A stretch of DNA of 14,130 nucleotides, from positions 1-14,130 of the forward strand of contig CAYGMZ010000104.1 of the NCBI GenBank assembly GCA_964350925.1, given 5' to 3'. This DNA comes from an uncultured Nannocystaceae bacterium (GTDB taxonomy: Bacteria > Myxococcota_A > Polyangia > Nannocystales > Nannocystaceae). The notes below the pieces were generated by a model that worked only from the letters and a program-made list of their open reading frames with translations, was not told where the DNA came from and did no database searches. Position numbers and translations under genes: made by a program. Positions 1 to 6,144 of this stretch are shown in pieces (positions within the stretch are counted from its first letter, which is position 1; every line of letters begins with the position of its first letter).

Positions 1-1351
1 CGGCGATGGCGACGGTGATGGGGACGGCGATGGCGACGGCGATGGCGACGGCGATGGCGACGGCTCGAGCAACGCCGAGATCATCGTCCGCTCCGCCACA
101 CCGGCCCTCGGTACCGCCTACCTCGATGACGAGGCGTGTGAGCCCCAGTGTGTGCTGTCGGTCCCGCCCGGCACGAGCGTCACCGTGAGTGCCGTGACCA
201 GCAGCGACAGCTTCGAGCACTCGGGCTGGGCCTCCCTGCTCGGAGATCCCGGCTGTGATGCGGCCGAGGACTGCACCTTCGAGGTCGTCTCCAACGTGAC
301 GCTCGAGGCCGAGTTCACCACGCTTCACAACCTCGCGTTCCGAACCAGTGACACGTACGCGCCGACGTCCATGGGCGGCCTCGCGGGCGCCGACGCGATC
401 TGCACGCAAGAAGCCATGGAAGCGGGTCTGCCGGGGGAGACCTGGGCCGCCTGGCTGTCCTCGAGCTCGACCGACGCCCGCGACCGACTCGACGGGGCGC
501 GCGGCTGGGTCCGCCTCGATGGGGCCCCCGTCGTCGACCAGGTGGATGATCTGACCGCCGGCGAGATGCTCCACCCGCTCTCCCTCTCCCCGATGGGCGG
601 CGAGCCGTGGGCCTACGCCTTCAGCGGCACCCGCCTCGACGGCACGGCCGGCAGTGAGACCTCCACCACGGCGAGCAACTGCGACGACTGGAGCGGGGAT
701 GAAGGGACCGTCAATGTGGGCAGCTCGGCCGCGGTGGGGTCGGAGTGGACCGACCACTTCGTCTTCGACTGCACCCAACCCCTGCACCTCTACTGCTTCG
801 GGCTCGATCTCGACACGGCCCTCGATCCCACGCCGGTCGAGGGGCGACTCGCCTTCGTCACGGCTGGGGTGTGGATGCCCGGTGGCGGCATCGGGTCGGC
901 CGACACGGTGTGCCAGCAAGAGGCGAGCGACGCGGGCCTGAGCGGCAGCTTCAAGGCCCTCCTGGGCACGTCCACCGACACCGCCGCCTCCCGCTTCGAC
1001 ACCGACGGCGAGCCCTGGGTCCGGCCCGACGGCGTCGCCTGGATCAGTCCCGCGAGCGAGCTCGCCGTCGTCGATGCTCCACGCACCGGGCTCAACCTCA
1101 CGGCGGAGGGGGACGTCATCGCCGGGGTCCTCTCGATCGACAACACGTCGGTGCCCGACCCCTCCTTCGTCTGGACGGGGGGTGACTTCGGCGCCGTGCC
1201 CGGCGAGGACTTCAGCTGCTCGAACTGGACGAGCTCCGAGGTCCTGAACAGCGCGGGCATGGGGAACGCCCAGTCCGGCTACTCCCCGGGCGCGAGCTGT
1301 TGCAGCGGCCCGTGCTCCAACGCGCGCCACCTGTACTGCCTCGAGGAGTAG
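1..1351 (+). CDS. 5'-partial CDS, in frame from nt 2 with no stop before the window start. Secreted Cys-containing protein. It starts with a (GD)10 acidic linker, then two tandem ~190-aa homologous domains each ending in an 'HLYC' motif. These resemble the DUF1554-type domain of myxobacterial/Leptospira secreted proteins, but that assignment is tentative.
   Basis: The frame from nt 2 reads GDGDGDGDGDGDGDGDGDGDGSSNAEIIVRS... and joins track ORF 152..1351 with no intervening stop. Two internal repeats align: 'GADAICTQEAMEAGLPGETWAAWLSSSSTDARDRLDGARGWVRLDG' with 'SADTVCQQEASDAGLSGSFKALLGTSTDTAASRFDTDGEPWVRPDG', 'SNCDDWS' with 'FSCSNWT', and 'HLYCFGLD' with 'HLYCLEE'. The lipase at 8746 has the same N-terminal architecture (lipoprotein signal plus GD linker). 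Codon usage has high GC3. Confidence 0.7.
   Translation, partial: GDGDGDGDGDGDGDGDGDGDGSSNAEIIVRSATPALGTAYLDDEACEPQCVLSVPPGTSVTVSAVTSSDSFEHSGWASLLGDPGCDAAEDCTFEVVSNVTLEAEFTTLHNLAFRTSDTYAPTSMGGLAGADAICTQEAMEAGLPGETWAAWLSSSSTDARDRLDGARGWVRLDGAPVVDQVDDLTAGEMLHPLSLSPMGGEPWAYAFSGTRLDGTAGSETSTTASNCDDWSGDEGTVNVGSSAAVGSEWTDHFVFDCTQPLHLYCFGLDLDTALDPTPVEGRLAFVTAGVWMPGGGIGSADTVCQQEASDAGLSGSFKALLGTSTDTAASRFDTDGEPWVRPDGVAWISPASELAVVDAPRTGLNLTAEGDVIAGVLSIDNTSVPDPSFVWTGGDFGAVPGEDFSCSNWTSSEVLNSAGMGNAQSGYSPGASCCSGPCSNARHLYCLEE
2..64 (+). repeat. Hexanucleotide microsatellite (GGCGAY)n, about 10.5 units, encoding a (Gly-Asp)n linker
   Basis: Direct read: ggcgatggcgacggtgatggggacggcgatggcgacggcgatggcgacggcgatggcgacggc. 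Confidence 0.9.
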
Positions 1352-1377
1352 GGCCGACCCCGGGCTATGCTCGGGAC

Positions 1378-2181
1378 ATGCGAACGCTCCGATTCCCCGC
1401 GATCGCCGGACTCCTGCTCCTCGTCGCCTGCGACGCGCCGCCGGCGACCGGCGACGGCACCACGCCACCGACCGAGCCCGCCCCGACCGCCGACCGTGCC
1501 CGCGACGAGGTCAGCACGGCACCCACCGGGGCCACGGGCGATGGGCCCAAGTCGGCGGCGGAGCGCGACGGCGCCCGAGACCTCGCTGCGCTCGAGGAGC
1601 GGCTGCTCTCGAGCGACCCCCTCAACTTCAGCTATCGCGCCCGAGCCGAGGGCGCGCTCGAGATCTCGGTCGAAGGTGAGATCCGAACCATGAACGACTC
1701 CGAGGTCACCTTCTCCACTCGAGGTGAGTTCGGGGGTCGCGAGGTGAGCCGAGAGGTGTTCGTCGACTCCGAGATGATGTCGATCACCGGCGACGCGACC
1801 ACCCCCGACACGCCAGAGACCCCACGCGAGGGCCGTAGTCACTACGAGGCCGTCATCCTCGGGTTCACGCGCATGGGGGTCATGCACAACGTCGCGCGCA
1901 TGGTGGCGATGCAGCACCCCGATCACTACGACGCCGACCCGCGCGAGTGGGTGCAGGCGATCAACGTGCGGAGCGGTCCACCCGACGAGGACCACTTCGA
2001 CCTGGTCCCGCTGCGCTTCGACATCGTGGTGGCCGGCGTCGAATCCGGCAGCGCCACGTTGTGGCTCGACCCGGAGAGCGGTCTGCCGGTCGAACGAGAA
2101 CAGACCGTCGACTTCGGCGAGGACGGGACGATGACCGTGACGGAGACCTACTTCGATTGGTGGTTCGGCGAGGTCGGATGA
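1378..2181 (+). CDS. Lipoprotein of unknown function, 267 aa
   Basis: ATG at 1378 gives MRTLRFPAIAGLLLLVAC. LVAC is a lipobox (signal peptidase II type), followed by a Pro/Thr/Asp-rich linker. The ORF is intact to TGA at 2179-2181 and has a balanced, non-R-rich composition. The part of the track ORF upstream (1300-1377) is R/P-rich and lacks a signal peptide. Confidence 0.7.
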   Translation: MRTLRFPAIAGLLLLVACDAPPATGDGTTPPTEPAPTADRARDEVSTAPTGATGDGPKSAAERDGARDLAALEERLLSSDPLNFSYRARAEGALEISVEGEIRTMNDSEVTFSTRGEFGGREVSREVFVDSEMMSITGDATTPDTPETPREGRSHYEAVILGFTRMGVMHNVARMVAMQHPDHYDADPREWVQAINVRSGPPDEDHFDLVPLRFDIVVAGVESGSATLWLDPESGLPVEREQTVDFGEDGTMTVTETYFDWWFGEVG

Positions 2182-2334
2182 AGGCGCCGAAAGCCTGCTT
2201 ACGGCATGCACATCGATGGGTGTGGTCGTGCAGGTCTGGGTGATGCGATCACCTACTAATACCTACATCGAAAGTTCACATAGGCCCACTTCTCCGGTCT
2301 TGTACGCCGAAATGGGATGTGAGACTCGTGACGT

Positions 2335-2835
2335 GTGGCAGCTGTGGGCGCGGCAACGACAGTGGAGCCTGGTGGGCACCCGCTCGCGGTGGCCGACCTC
2401 GCGCGTGAGGCCAACGAGCTTCGACTGTCCGAATTCGTGGTCCGACGCGGCCGCTGGTTCCTGGTGCGTCAGGCCAATCCTGACGACCCGTCGAGTGCGC
2501 GGGAAGCCATGATCCTACCGATCCGCTCCCCCCGAGGTCGTGCCGACCGCGCCCCGATCACCATCGGGAGCGACCCGGCATGCGATCTCGTCCTGGATGC
2601 CCCCGGTGTGGGAGGCCTGCACGCGCAGCTGCTCGACCTGCACGCGCCGCTCGAGTGGCCGACGCTTCACGTCGAGCGGACCGAGTCGAGCCATGGCGTC
2701 GGCGTCGATCGACTCGACGTCACACCTGGCGGCCGAGCGCAGCTCTTCAACGGCACCCGGCTTCGCCTCGGCGACTGCGAGCTCGACGTGGTCTCGGCGC
2801 TCGCGATGCACGCCTGGCTACGCCGCTACTCCTGA
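2335..2835 (+). CDS. FHA-like domain protein (FHA-A), 166 aa. The start is a GTG; alternative starts lie downstream. The phosphothreonine-binding residues look degenerate.
   Basis: C-terminal ~100 aa matches the FHA pattern: 'ITIGSDPACDLVLDAPGVGGLHAQL...LFNGTRLRLGDCELDV'. The Gly of GR, an HA motif, NGT and GD.I are present, but the canonical Arg and Ser are replaced (GS..., GGLH). The gene follows an AT-richer, promoter-like stretch at 2216-2330. TGA at 2833-2835. Confidence 0.55.
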   Translation: MAAVGAATTVEPGGHPLAVADLAREANELRLSEFVVRRGRWFLVRQANPDDPSSAREAMILPIRSPRGRADRAPITIGSDPACDLVLDAPGVGGLHAQLLDLHAPLEWPTLHVERTESSHGVGVDRLDVTPGGRAQLFNGTRLRLGDCELDVVSALAMHAWLRRYS

Positions 2836-3044
2836 TTTCGATCGGCATTCGGCCGACCGCTCACGACGCTCGCTACGGACACGCCGAGGGCGAATAGCCC
2901 GAGCAGCGCGAGCGGTCCGGCGACACGCAGGCCCAACGCCGCCAGCAGGCCGAGCCCGGCGGGCAGCGACCACACGGCGAGGAACCACCAGCGCGGCATT
3001 GCGTCATCGGAGATCCGAAGGTCGGTCATGGAGGCGCTCGACAT
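2826..3044 (-). CDS. Small 2-TM membrane protein, 73 aa. Paralog 1 of the pair; the other copy is at 4752..4961.
   Basis: Minus-strand ATG at 3044: MSSASMTDLRISDDAMPRWWFLAVWSLPAGLGLLAALGLRVAGPLALLGLFALGVSVASVVSGRPNADRNQE. Two hydrophobic helices. The N-terminal 25 aa are clearly homologous to the ORF at 4752..4961 (MSSxSMxxLxIxDDAxPRW). The longer track ORF extension upstream is Arg/Gly-rich and judged spurious. Confidence 0.5.
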   Translation of the reverse strand: MSSASMTDLRISDDAMPRWWFLAVWSLPAGLGLLAALGLRVAGPLALLGLFALGVSVASVVSGRPNADRNQE

Positions 3045-3382
3045 CACATCGTCGACAGACCCGCGACGCGGACGATCGATCGCCGCTGTCATCCCGGCGA
3101 AATCGCCGGCCCGAAATTTCGAATCTTCTCCTTGCCGCCCCCGTCCACTGCGGCTACCACCTTCGAGCAAGGCATCCCCATGACGCTCCATCCCGACATC
3201 CACCGTCGAACCGCCACCCTCTCGGTCGCCACCATGGCCTCCGCGAGTGCCTGGTCGTGTTCCGGCTCATGTCGATGGTGCGCGAGTAGGGACTCCTAAG
3301 GGACCCAACGGACCCAAGTGGCCCGCTCGCGGCGTCCATCGGCGCCGGGAACAGCCCAACGCACGCGGGAGCGTGCATCTAC

Positions 3383-3473
3383 GGAGGGGCAAGCCGACGG
3401 CTGGCGACGGCATCCGGCTCGAACCCGGACGAAGCGCAAGCTCTTGGGAGTTCGATCCTCCCTCCCTCCGCCA
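3383..3473 (+). tRNA. tRNA-Ser(CGA), class II with a long variable arm, CCA encoded
   Basis: Hand fold. Acceptor GGAGGGG/TCCCTCC (one G-U pair). D-stem GCCG/CGGC. Anticodon stem TCCGG/CCGGA with loop CTCGAAC, giving anticodon CGA. Variable stem-loop AGC-GCAA-GCT. T-stem GGGAG/CTCCC with loop TTCGATC. Discriminator G, then CCA at 3471-3473. Confidence 0.8.
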
Positions 3474-3476
3474 TCA

Positions 3477-3566
3477 GGAAGGTCTAGCCGATAGCTGGCG
3501 ACGGCGCTCGGTTGCTAGCCGGGTGAGCTCGATAGAGCCTTGCGGGTTCGACCCCCGCACCTTCCG
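3477..3566 (+). tRNA. tRNA-Ser(GCU), class II, no CCA encoded (the genome reads CCG after the discriminator)
   Basis: Hand fold. Acceptor GGAAGGT/ACCTTCC is perfect. D-stem GCCG/CGGC with a loop sharing 'GCTGGCGACGGC' with the upstream Ser tRNA. Anticodon stem CTCGG/CCGGG (one G-U) with loop TTGCTAG, giving anticodon GCU. Variable stem GCTC-GATA-GAGC. T-stem GCGGG/CCCGC with loop TTCGACC. Discriminator G3566. Confidence 0.8.
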
Positions 3567-3581
3567 CCGCCACGCACACCC

Positions 3582-3657
3582 AAGGTGGTAGCTCAGCTGG
3601 GAGAGCTGCGGACACCAAATCCGCCGGTCGGGGGTTCGAGTCCCTCCCACCTTGCCA
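3582..3657 (+). tRNA. tRNA-Trp(CCA), 76 nt, CCA encoded. Position 33 of the anticodon loop is A instead of the near-universal U.
   Basis: Acceptor AAGGTGG/CCACCTT is perfect. D-arm GCTC-AGCTGGGA-GAGC. Anticodon stem GCGGA/TCCGC with loop CACCAAA, giving anticodon CCA. Variable region CGGTC. T-stem GGGGG/CCCTC (one G-U) with loop TTCGAGT. Discriminator G, then CCA at 3655-3657. Confidence 0.8.
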
Positions 3658-3660
3658 TTC

Positions 3661-3735
3661 GGCCACGTAGCCAAGCGGAAAGGCGCCGGTTTGCAATGCC
3701 GGAGATCGTCGGTTCAAATCCGACCGTGGCCTCCA
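3661..3735 (+). tRNA. tRNA-Cys(GCA), CCA encoded, discriminator U
   Basis: Acceptor GGCCACG/CGTGGCC is perfect. D-arm GCC-AAGCGGAAA-GGC. Anticodon stem CCGGT/GCCGG (one G-U) with loop TTGCAAT, giving anticodon GCA. T-stem GTCGG/CCGAC with loop TTCAAAT. U73 then CCA. The overall pattern is like E. coli tRNA-Cys. Confidence 0.85.
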
Positions 3736-3761
3736 AGAGATCGACTCCCCGGGAGACGTCG

Positions 3762-4139
3762 ATGGTCGCTCGGCGAGCCTGCCTGCTGACGATCCGTGGT
3801 CGTGACCTCGGACGCAACTACTCGTGCATCGAGTCCGGTCTTGGGATCGGAAGCGCGTCCGACGCTCACGTGCACCTGCCGGACGAGCGCTCGTTGATGC
3901 CGGTGGAGGCCATGGTGCAGTATCGGGGGAGCAACTGGGCGCTGCTGCCCTCGCCAAACTCGACGCTTCGCTGGATCGTCCGGCAACGCCTCGGTGACTT
4001 GCTCACGAGTGGGGACGTCCTCGAGTTCGGGACCACCCGACTGAAGTTCCTCTCCGAGCCGGATCTCGAGGACAAGTACCACCGGGAGATATCCGCCCTC
4101 GCCGAGTCCCGCGAAGCCCCGGAGACCTCGGATTCCTGA
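3762..4139 (+). CDS. FHA-like domain protein (FHA-B), 125 aa
   Basis: ATG at 3762 is preceded by GGGAGA at 3751-3756 (5-nt spacer) and lies 26 nt after tRNA-Cys. The protein reads MVARRACLLTIRGRDLGRNYSCIESGLGIGSASDAHVHL...GDVLEFGTTRLKF, which is FHA-like. The upstream part of track ORF 3540..4139 overlaps the tRNA genes and is rejected. TGA at 4137-4139. Confidence 0.6.
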   Translation: MVARRACLLTIRGRDLGRNYSCIESGLGIGSASDAHVHLPDERSLMPVEAMVQYRGSNWALLPSPNSTLRWIVRQRLGDLLTSGDVLEFGTTRLKFLSEPDLEDKYHREISALAESREAPETSDS

Positions 4140-4140
4140 G

Positions 4141-4695
4141 CTACCGGGTCGCCGCCAGGCCGATCCACAGGAAGAACAGTACCCAGGGCAGAAGCAGCAA
4201 GCCCACGCCCAGCAGCACGCGACGAGCACGGCCCGAGCGACCGACCCCGGCCGCGTGCAGCGCCTCCTCATCGTCCTGGTCGATGCGCTCGAGGTCGGCC
4301 AGCTGCGGCTCGTCCCACAGCTCCAGCTCCGCTCGGAGGCTCGCGTGCACGTCACGCACGACCTGGCTCCACGCCCGAGCCTGGGGCCGAAGTGTCCAGC
4401 CGCGCTTGGCCGTCGCCAGTGCCTCGGCGAGCCGGCCCGCCTGCTCACGGGGACTCAGCAGCGTGGCGACCTCGGCCATCAAGGCCGCGGCCTCTTCCAG
4501 CTCGTTCCGGCCGCTCGCGGTGTCCATCGCTGCGCCCGCGCCCGCGAGGCTCGCGTTCGAGGCCGCGTTCATCCGGTCCCACATCTGGGACCGCCAGGCC
4601 GCATCCAGCAGCCGATGCGCCTCGACCAGCTTGGCCAGGCAGGCACGGCCCTGGTCATCCGGGACCGGCTTCGCCTCGCGGTAGGGCGCGACCAT
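4141..4695 (-). CDS. Tail-anchored membrane protein of unknown function, 184 aa: a helical Ala-rich cytoplasmic part plus one C-terminal TM helix
   Basis: Minus-strand ATG at 4695: MVAPYREAKPVPDDQGRACLAKLVEAHRLLDAAWRSQMWDRM...RVLLGVGLLLLPWVLFFLWIGLAATR, with TAG at 4141-4143. The N-terminal 158 aa of track ORF 4141..5169 are Arg/Pro-rich, overlap the 4752..4961 gene, and are rejected. Its stop lies 1 nt from the FHA-B stop (convergent). Confidence 0.5.
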   Translation of the reverse strand: MVAPYREAKPVPDDQGRACLAKLVEAHRLLDAAWRSQMWDRMNAASNASLAGAGAAMDTASGRNELEEAAALMAEVATLLSPREQAGRLAEALATAKRGWTLRPQARAWSQVVRDVHASLRAELELWDEPQLADLERIDQDDEEALHAAGVGRSGRARRVLLGVGLLLLPWVLFFLWIGLAATR

Positions 4696-4751
4696 CACCG
4701 CCAGCGTAGCGCGTGGTGGGCGGAGCGGGCGAGGCGGCGGGCCCGCGCCAC

Positions 4752-4961
4752 TCAGCCGTCCTCGTGAAGCATCAGCGCGCTCATCCAGAACCCGAGCACC
4801 CCGAGCAGCATCAGGACGAGGGACCCGAGGAGCTCGGTCTGGACGAGGCCACTCGCGGCCGTGAGGCCAAGCAGTACGGGCATGGCCCACACTGCCGGGT
4901 AGACCCAGCGCGGAATGGCGTCGTCCGTGATCGAGAGGTGGGCCATGGACGTGCTCGACAT
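4752..4961 (-). CDS. Small 2-TM membrane protein, 70 aa. Paralog 2; the other copy is at 2826..3044.
   Basis: Minus-strand ATG at 4961: MSSTSMAHLSITDDAIPRWVYPAVWAMPVLLGLTAASGLVQTELLGSLVLMLLGVLGFWMSALMLHEDG. It lies 56 nt upstream of the tail-anchored gene on the same strand, so the two are probably co-transcribed. Confidence 0.5.
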   Translation of the reverse strand: MSSTSMAHLSITDDAIPRWVYPAVWAMPVLLGLTAASGLVQTELLGSLVLMLLGVLGFWMSALMLHEDG

Positions 4962-5102
4962 GCCCACACAAGGTGACACGCGGATCGAAGACCGGAACCC
5001 CACTGTCATCAGCGGGACACCGGCGACGAAACCAGGGTGCAACTCGAGCCGTGACCAGACCCGCGGCCAGGCTGAACCGGAGCCGCACGGCGTGGAAGCT
5101 GC

Positions 5103-6021
5103 TCAGAACCGTCCGGAGAGGCTCATGCCGGCGAAGCCAGGTCCGACGTTGAGCCGCGGAGAATGCCACCGCACGTGGCGATGGCGTCGCGCCGCATCGC
5201 GATAGGCGAGGCCATACGTCAGCATGGCCACGCCCCCACTGGTCAGGCTGATCGTGCTCTGCGTCCAGCCGATCTGCAGCGCAACCGCACGGGTCGCACA
5301 GGACCCACCGGTACAGGGGGACAACACCGCGTCACCGATCGGGTCGCCTGCGATCAGGAAGAGCAGATAGGAGGCCGCGCCGGCGCCGATCAGCACTCCG
5401 CCCCCCGCGATGTACGCGCGGGACGCTCGGACCGGTCGTCCGTCTCGTGCGTCTGCGTATGCAGACCATCCTCCGCGTCGGTCGCTAGAGGCGGTTTCAA
5501 GACCTCTGCGTGGGGACAGGTGTGGAGCTGGGCGCCGAGGGCGAGGCGCGGATTCGCAGCTGTACCGGGCGTACTGCAAGAATTCGCAACGACGCCATCG
5601 GCGTCCAGTGCCGCGCCGGGCCGCGTGAGGGGGTCTTGAAAGCGCCTCTGGCCACGATGCCGAGCACCGCCCCGGTCATGTTCAGGGAGAACGCGATCGG
5701 CGACAGCGCCTGCATCCCTCTCGCGCTGTCGGGACAAGTGGAGATGATCTCGAGGAAGCTCGGAAAGTCGTAGCCCGTCTCGTAGGTGTCGTCGTCCCAG
5801 GCAGGACCATCGGGCTCCGAAACGATGCAGTGCCGGTCGTGCAGACCAACTCGCAGGGCGTTGAGGGTCAGCGCGGTGCCGGAGACCGCCAGGGCAGAGA
5901 CTCCCCACGCGACCCCTCGGGAGCCCGGCGGTCTCGGCTCGGCCACCGCCGGGGCTGGAGGTGCGGCCGGCACTTCCGGTGCCGTCACGAACATCGCAGC
6001 CACCGCAAGCGACCCGATCAC
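5103..6021 (-). pseudogene. Putative outer-membrane beta-barrel-type secreted protein, about 300 aa with C-terminal '...NVGPGFAGMSLSGRF'. It is split into two reading frames at the 5487..5649 element; the alternative explanations are a 1-nt frameshift or a sequencing error.
   Basis: N-terminal part is track ORF 5497..6021, protein-like up to '...NMTGAVLGIVARGAFK'. C-terminal part is track ORF 5103..5579, protein-like from '...SDRRGGWSAYADARDGRPV...' to the terminal Phe. Between the junctions, both frames become Arg/Pro-rich junk. Deleting 5487..5649 (163 nt, 163 = 1 mod 3) fuses ...GIVA to SDRRGGW... in frame. Confidence 0.5.
5487..5649. mobile_element. 163-bp element bounded by 18-bp imperfect terminal inverted repeats (17/18 identical), interrupting the gene above. 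Candidate MITE, or a large hairpin.
   Basis: Left arm at 5487-5504 is AGAGGCGGTTTCAAGACC. The reverse complement of the right arm at 5632-5649 is AGAGGCGCTTTCAAGACC. The element sits exactly at the frame break and has the length needed to restore the frame. Confidence 0.4.
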
Positions 6022-6050
6022 GTCGCTGTGTGCAAACGGCAGGGGTCAAA

Positions 6051-6092
6051 CCGTCAAGAAAATCCGCCCGCCCCCGTGGTCCGGCGGGGCCG
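6051..6092 (-). terminator. Candidate rho-independent terminator of the SPFH gene: a GC hairpin followed on the minus strand by GGAUUUUCUUGAC
   Basis: The minus strand reads cttcggccccgccggaccacgggggcgggcGGATTTTCTTGACGG, about 55 nt downstream of the stop at 6145. The stem is GC-rich with one bulge. Confidence 0.35.
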
Positions 6093-6144
6093 AAGTCACG
6101 GGGACGGGCGTCGAAGGTTGATGCGGAGAGACCGTTTGCCGGGC

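Noticed and set aside
1-64. Possibility that the short perfect repeats at 1-64 and 8860-8952 are a CRISPR array
   Set aside because: The units are 6 nt with no spacers and lie in frame inside ORFs encoding GD linkers. They are microsatellites, not CRISPR.
1279-2211. 310-aa minus-strand ORF antisense to the lipoprotein gene
   Set aside because: Arg/Gly/His-rich GC-frame shadow ORF with no motifs. The plus-strand gene has a lipoprotein signal and normal composition.
2216-2330. Sigma-70-like promoter (TACTAAT around 2254-2260) upstream of FHA-A
   Set aside because: AT-rich and plausibly promoter-containing, but I could not find a matching -35 element, so it is not called as a feature.
3095-3130. 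Hairpin CCGGCG-aaat-CGCCGG followed by cccgaaatttcgaatcttctcc as a plus-strand terminator
   Set aside because: It lies 260 nt after the nearest plus-strand stop and inside the likely leader of the minus-strand small-TM gene. There is no convincing U-tail, so it is kept only as a note.
3298-3320. Tandem GGACCCAA(C/G) repeat about 70 nt upstream of the tRNA cluster
   Set aside because: Only two short copies. It could be part of the tRNA promoter, but it is not distinguishable from chance.
3474-3957. Minus-strand ORFs 3474..3674, 3484..3957, 3593..3817 and the 5' part of plus-strand ORF 3540..4139
   Set aside because: They run through the four tRNA genes; their translations show tRNA-shadow peptides such as GSNP and FEP. 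Only 3762..4139 is retained as a CDS.
4753-5169. N-terminal 158 codons of track ORF 4141..5169
   Set aside because: Arg/Pro-rich. They overlap the independent small-TM gene 4752..4961 in another frame. The ATG at 4695 gives a coherent tail-anchored protein.
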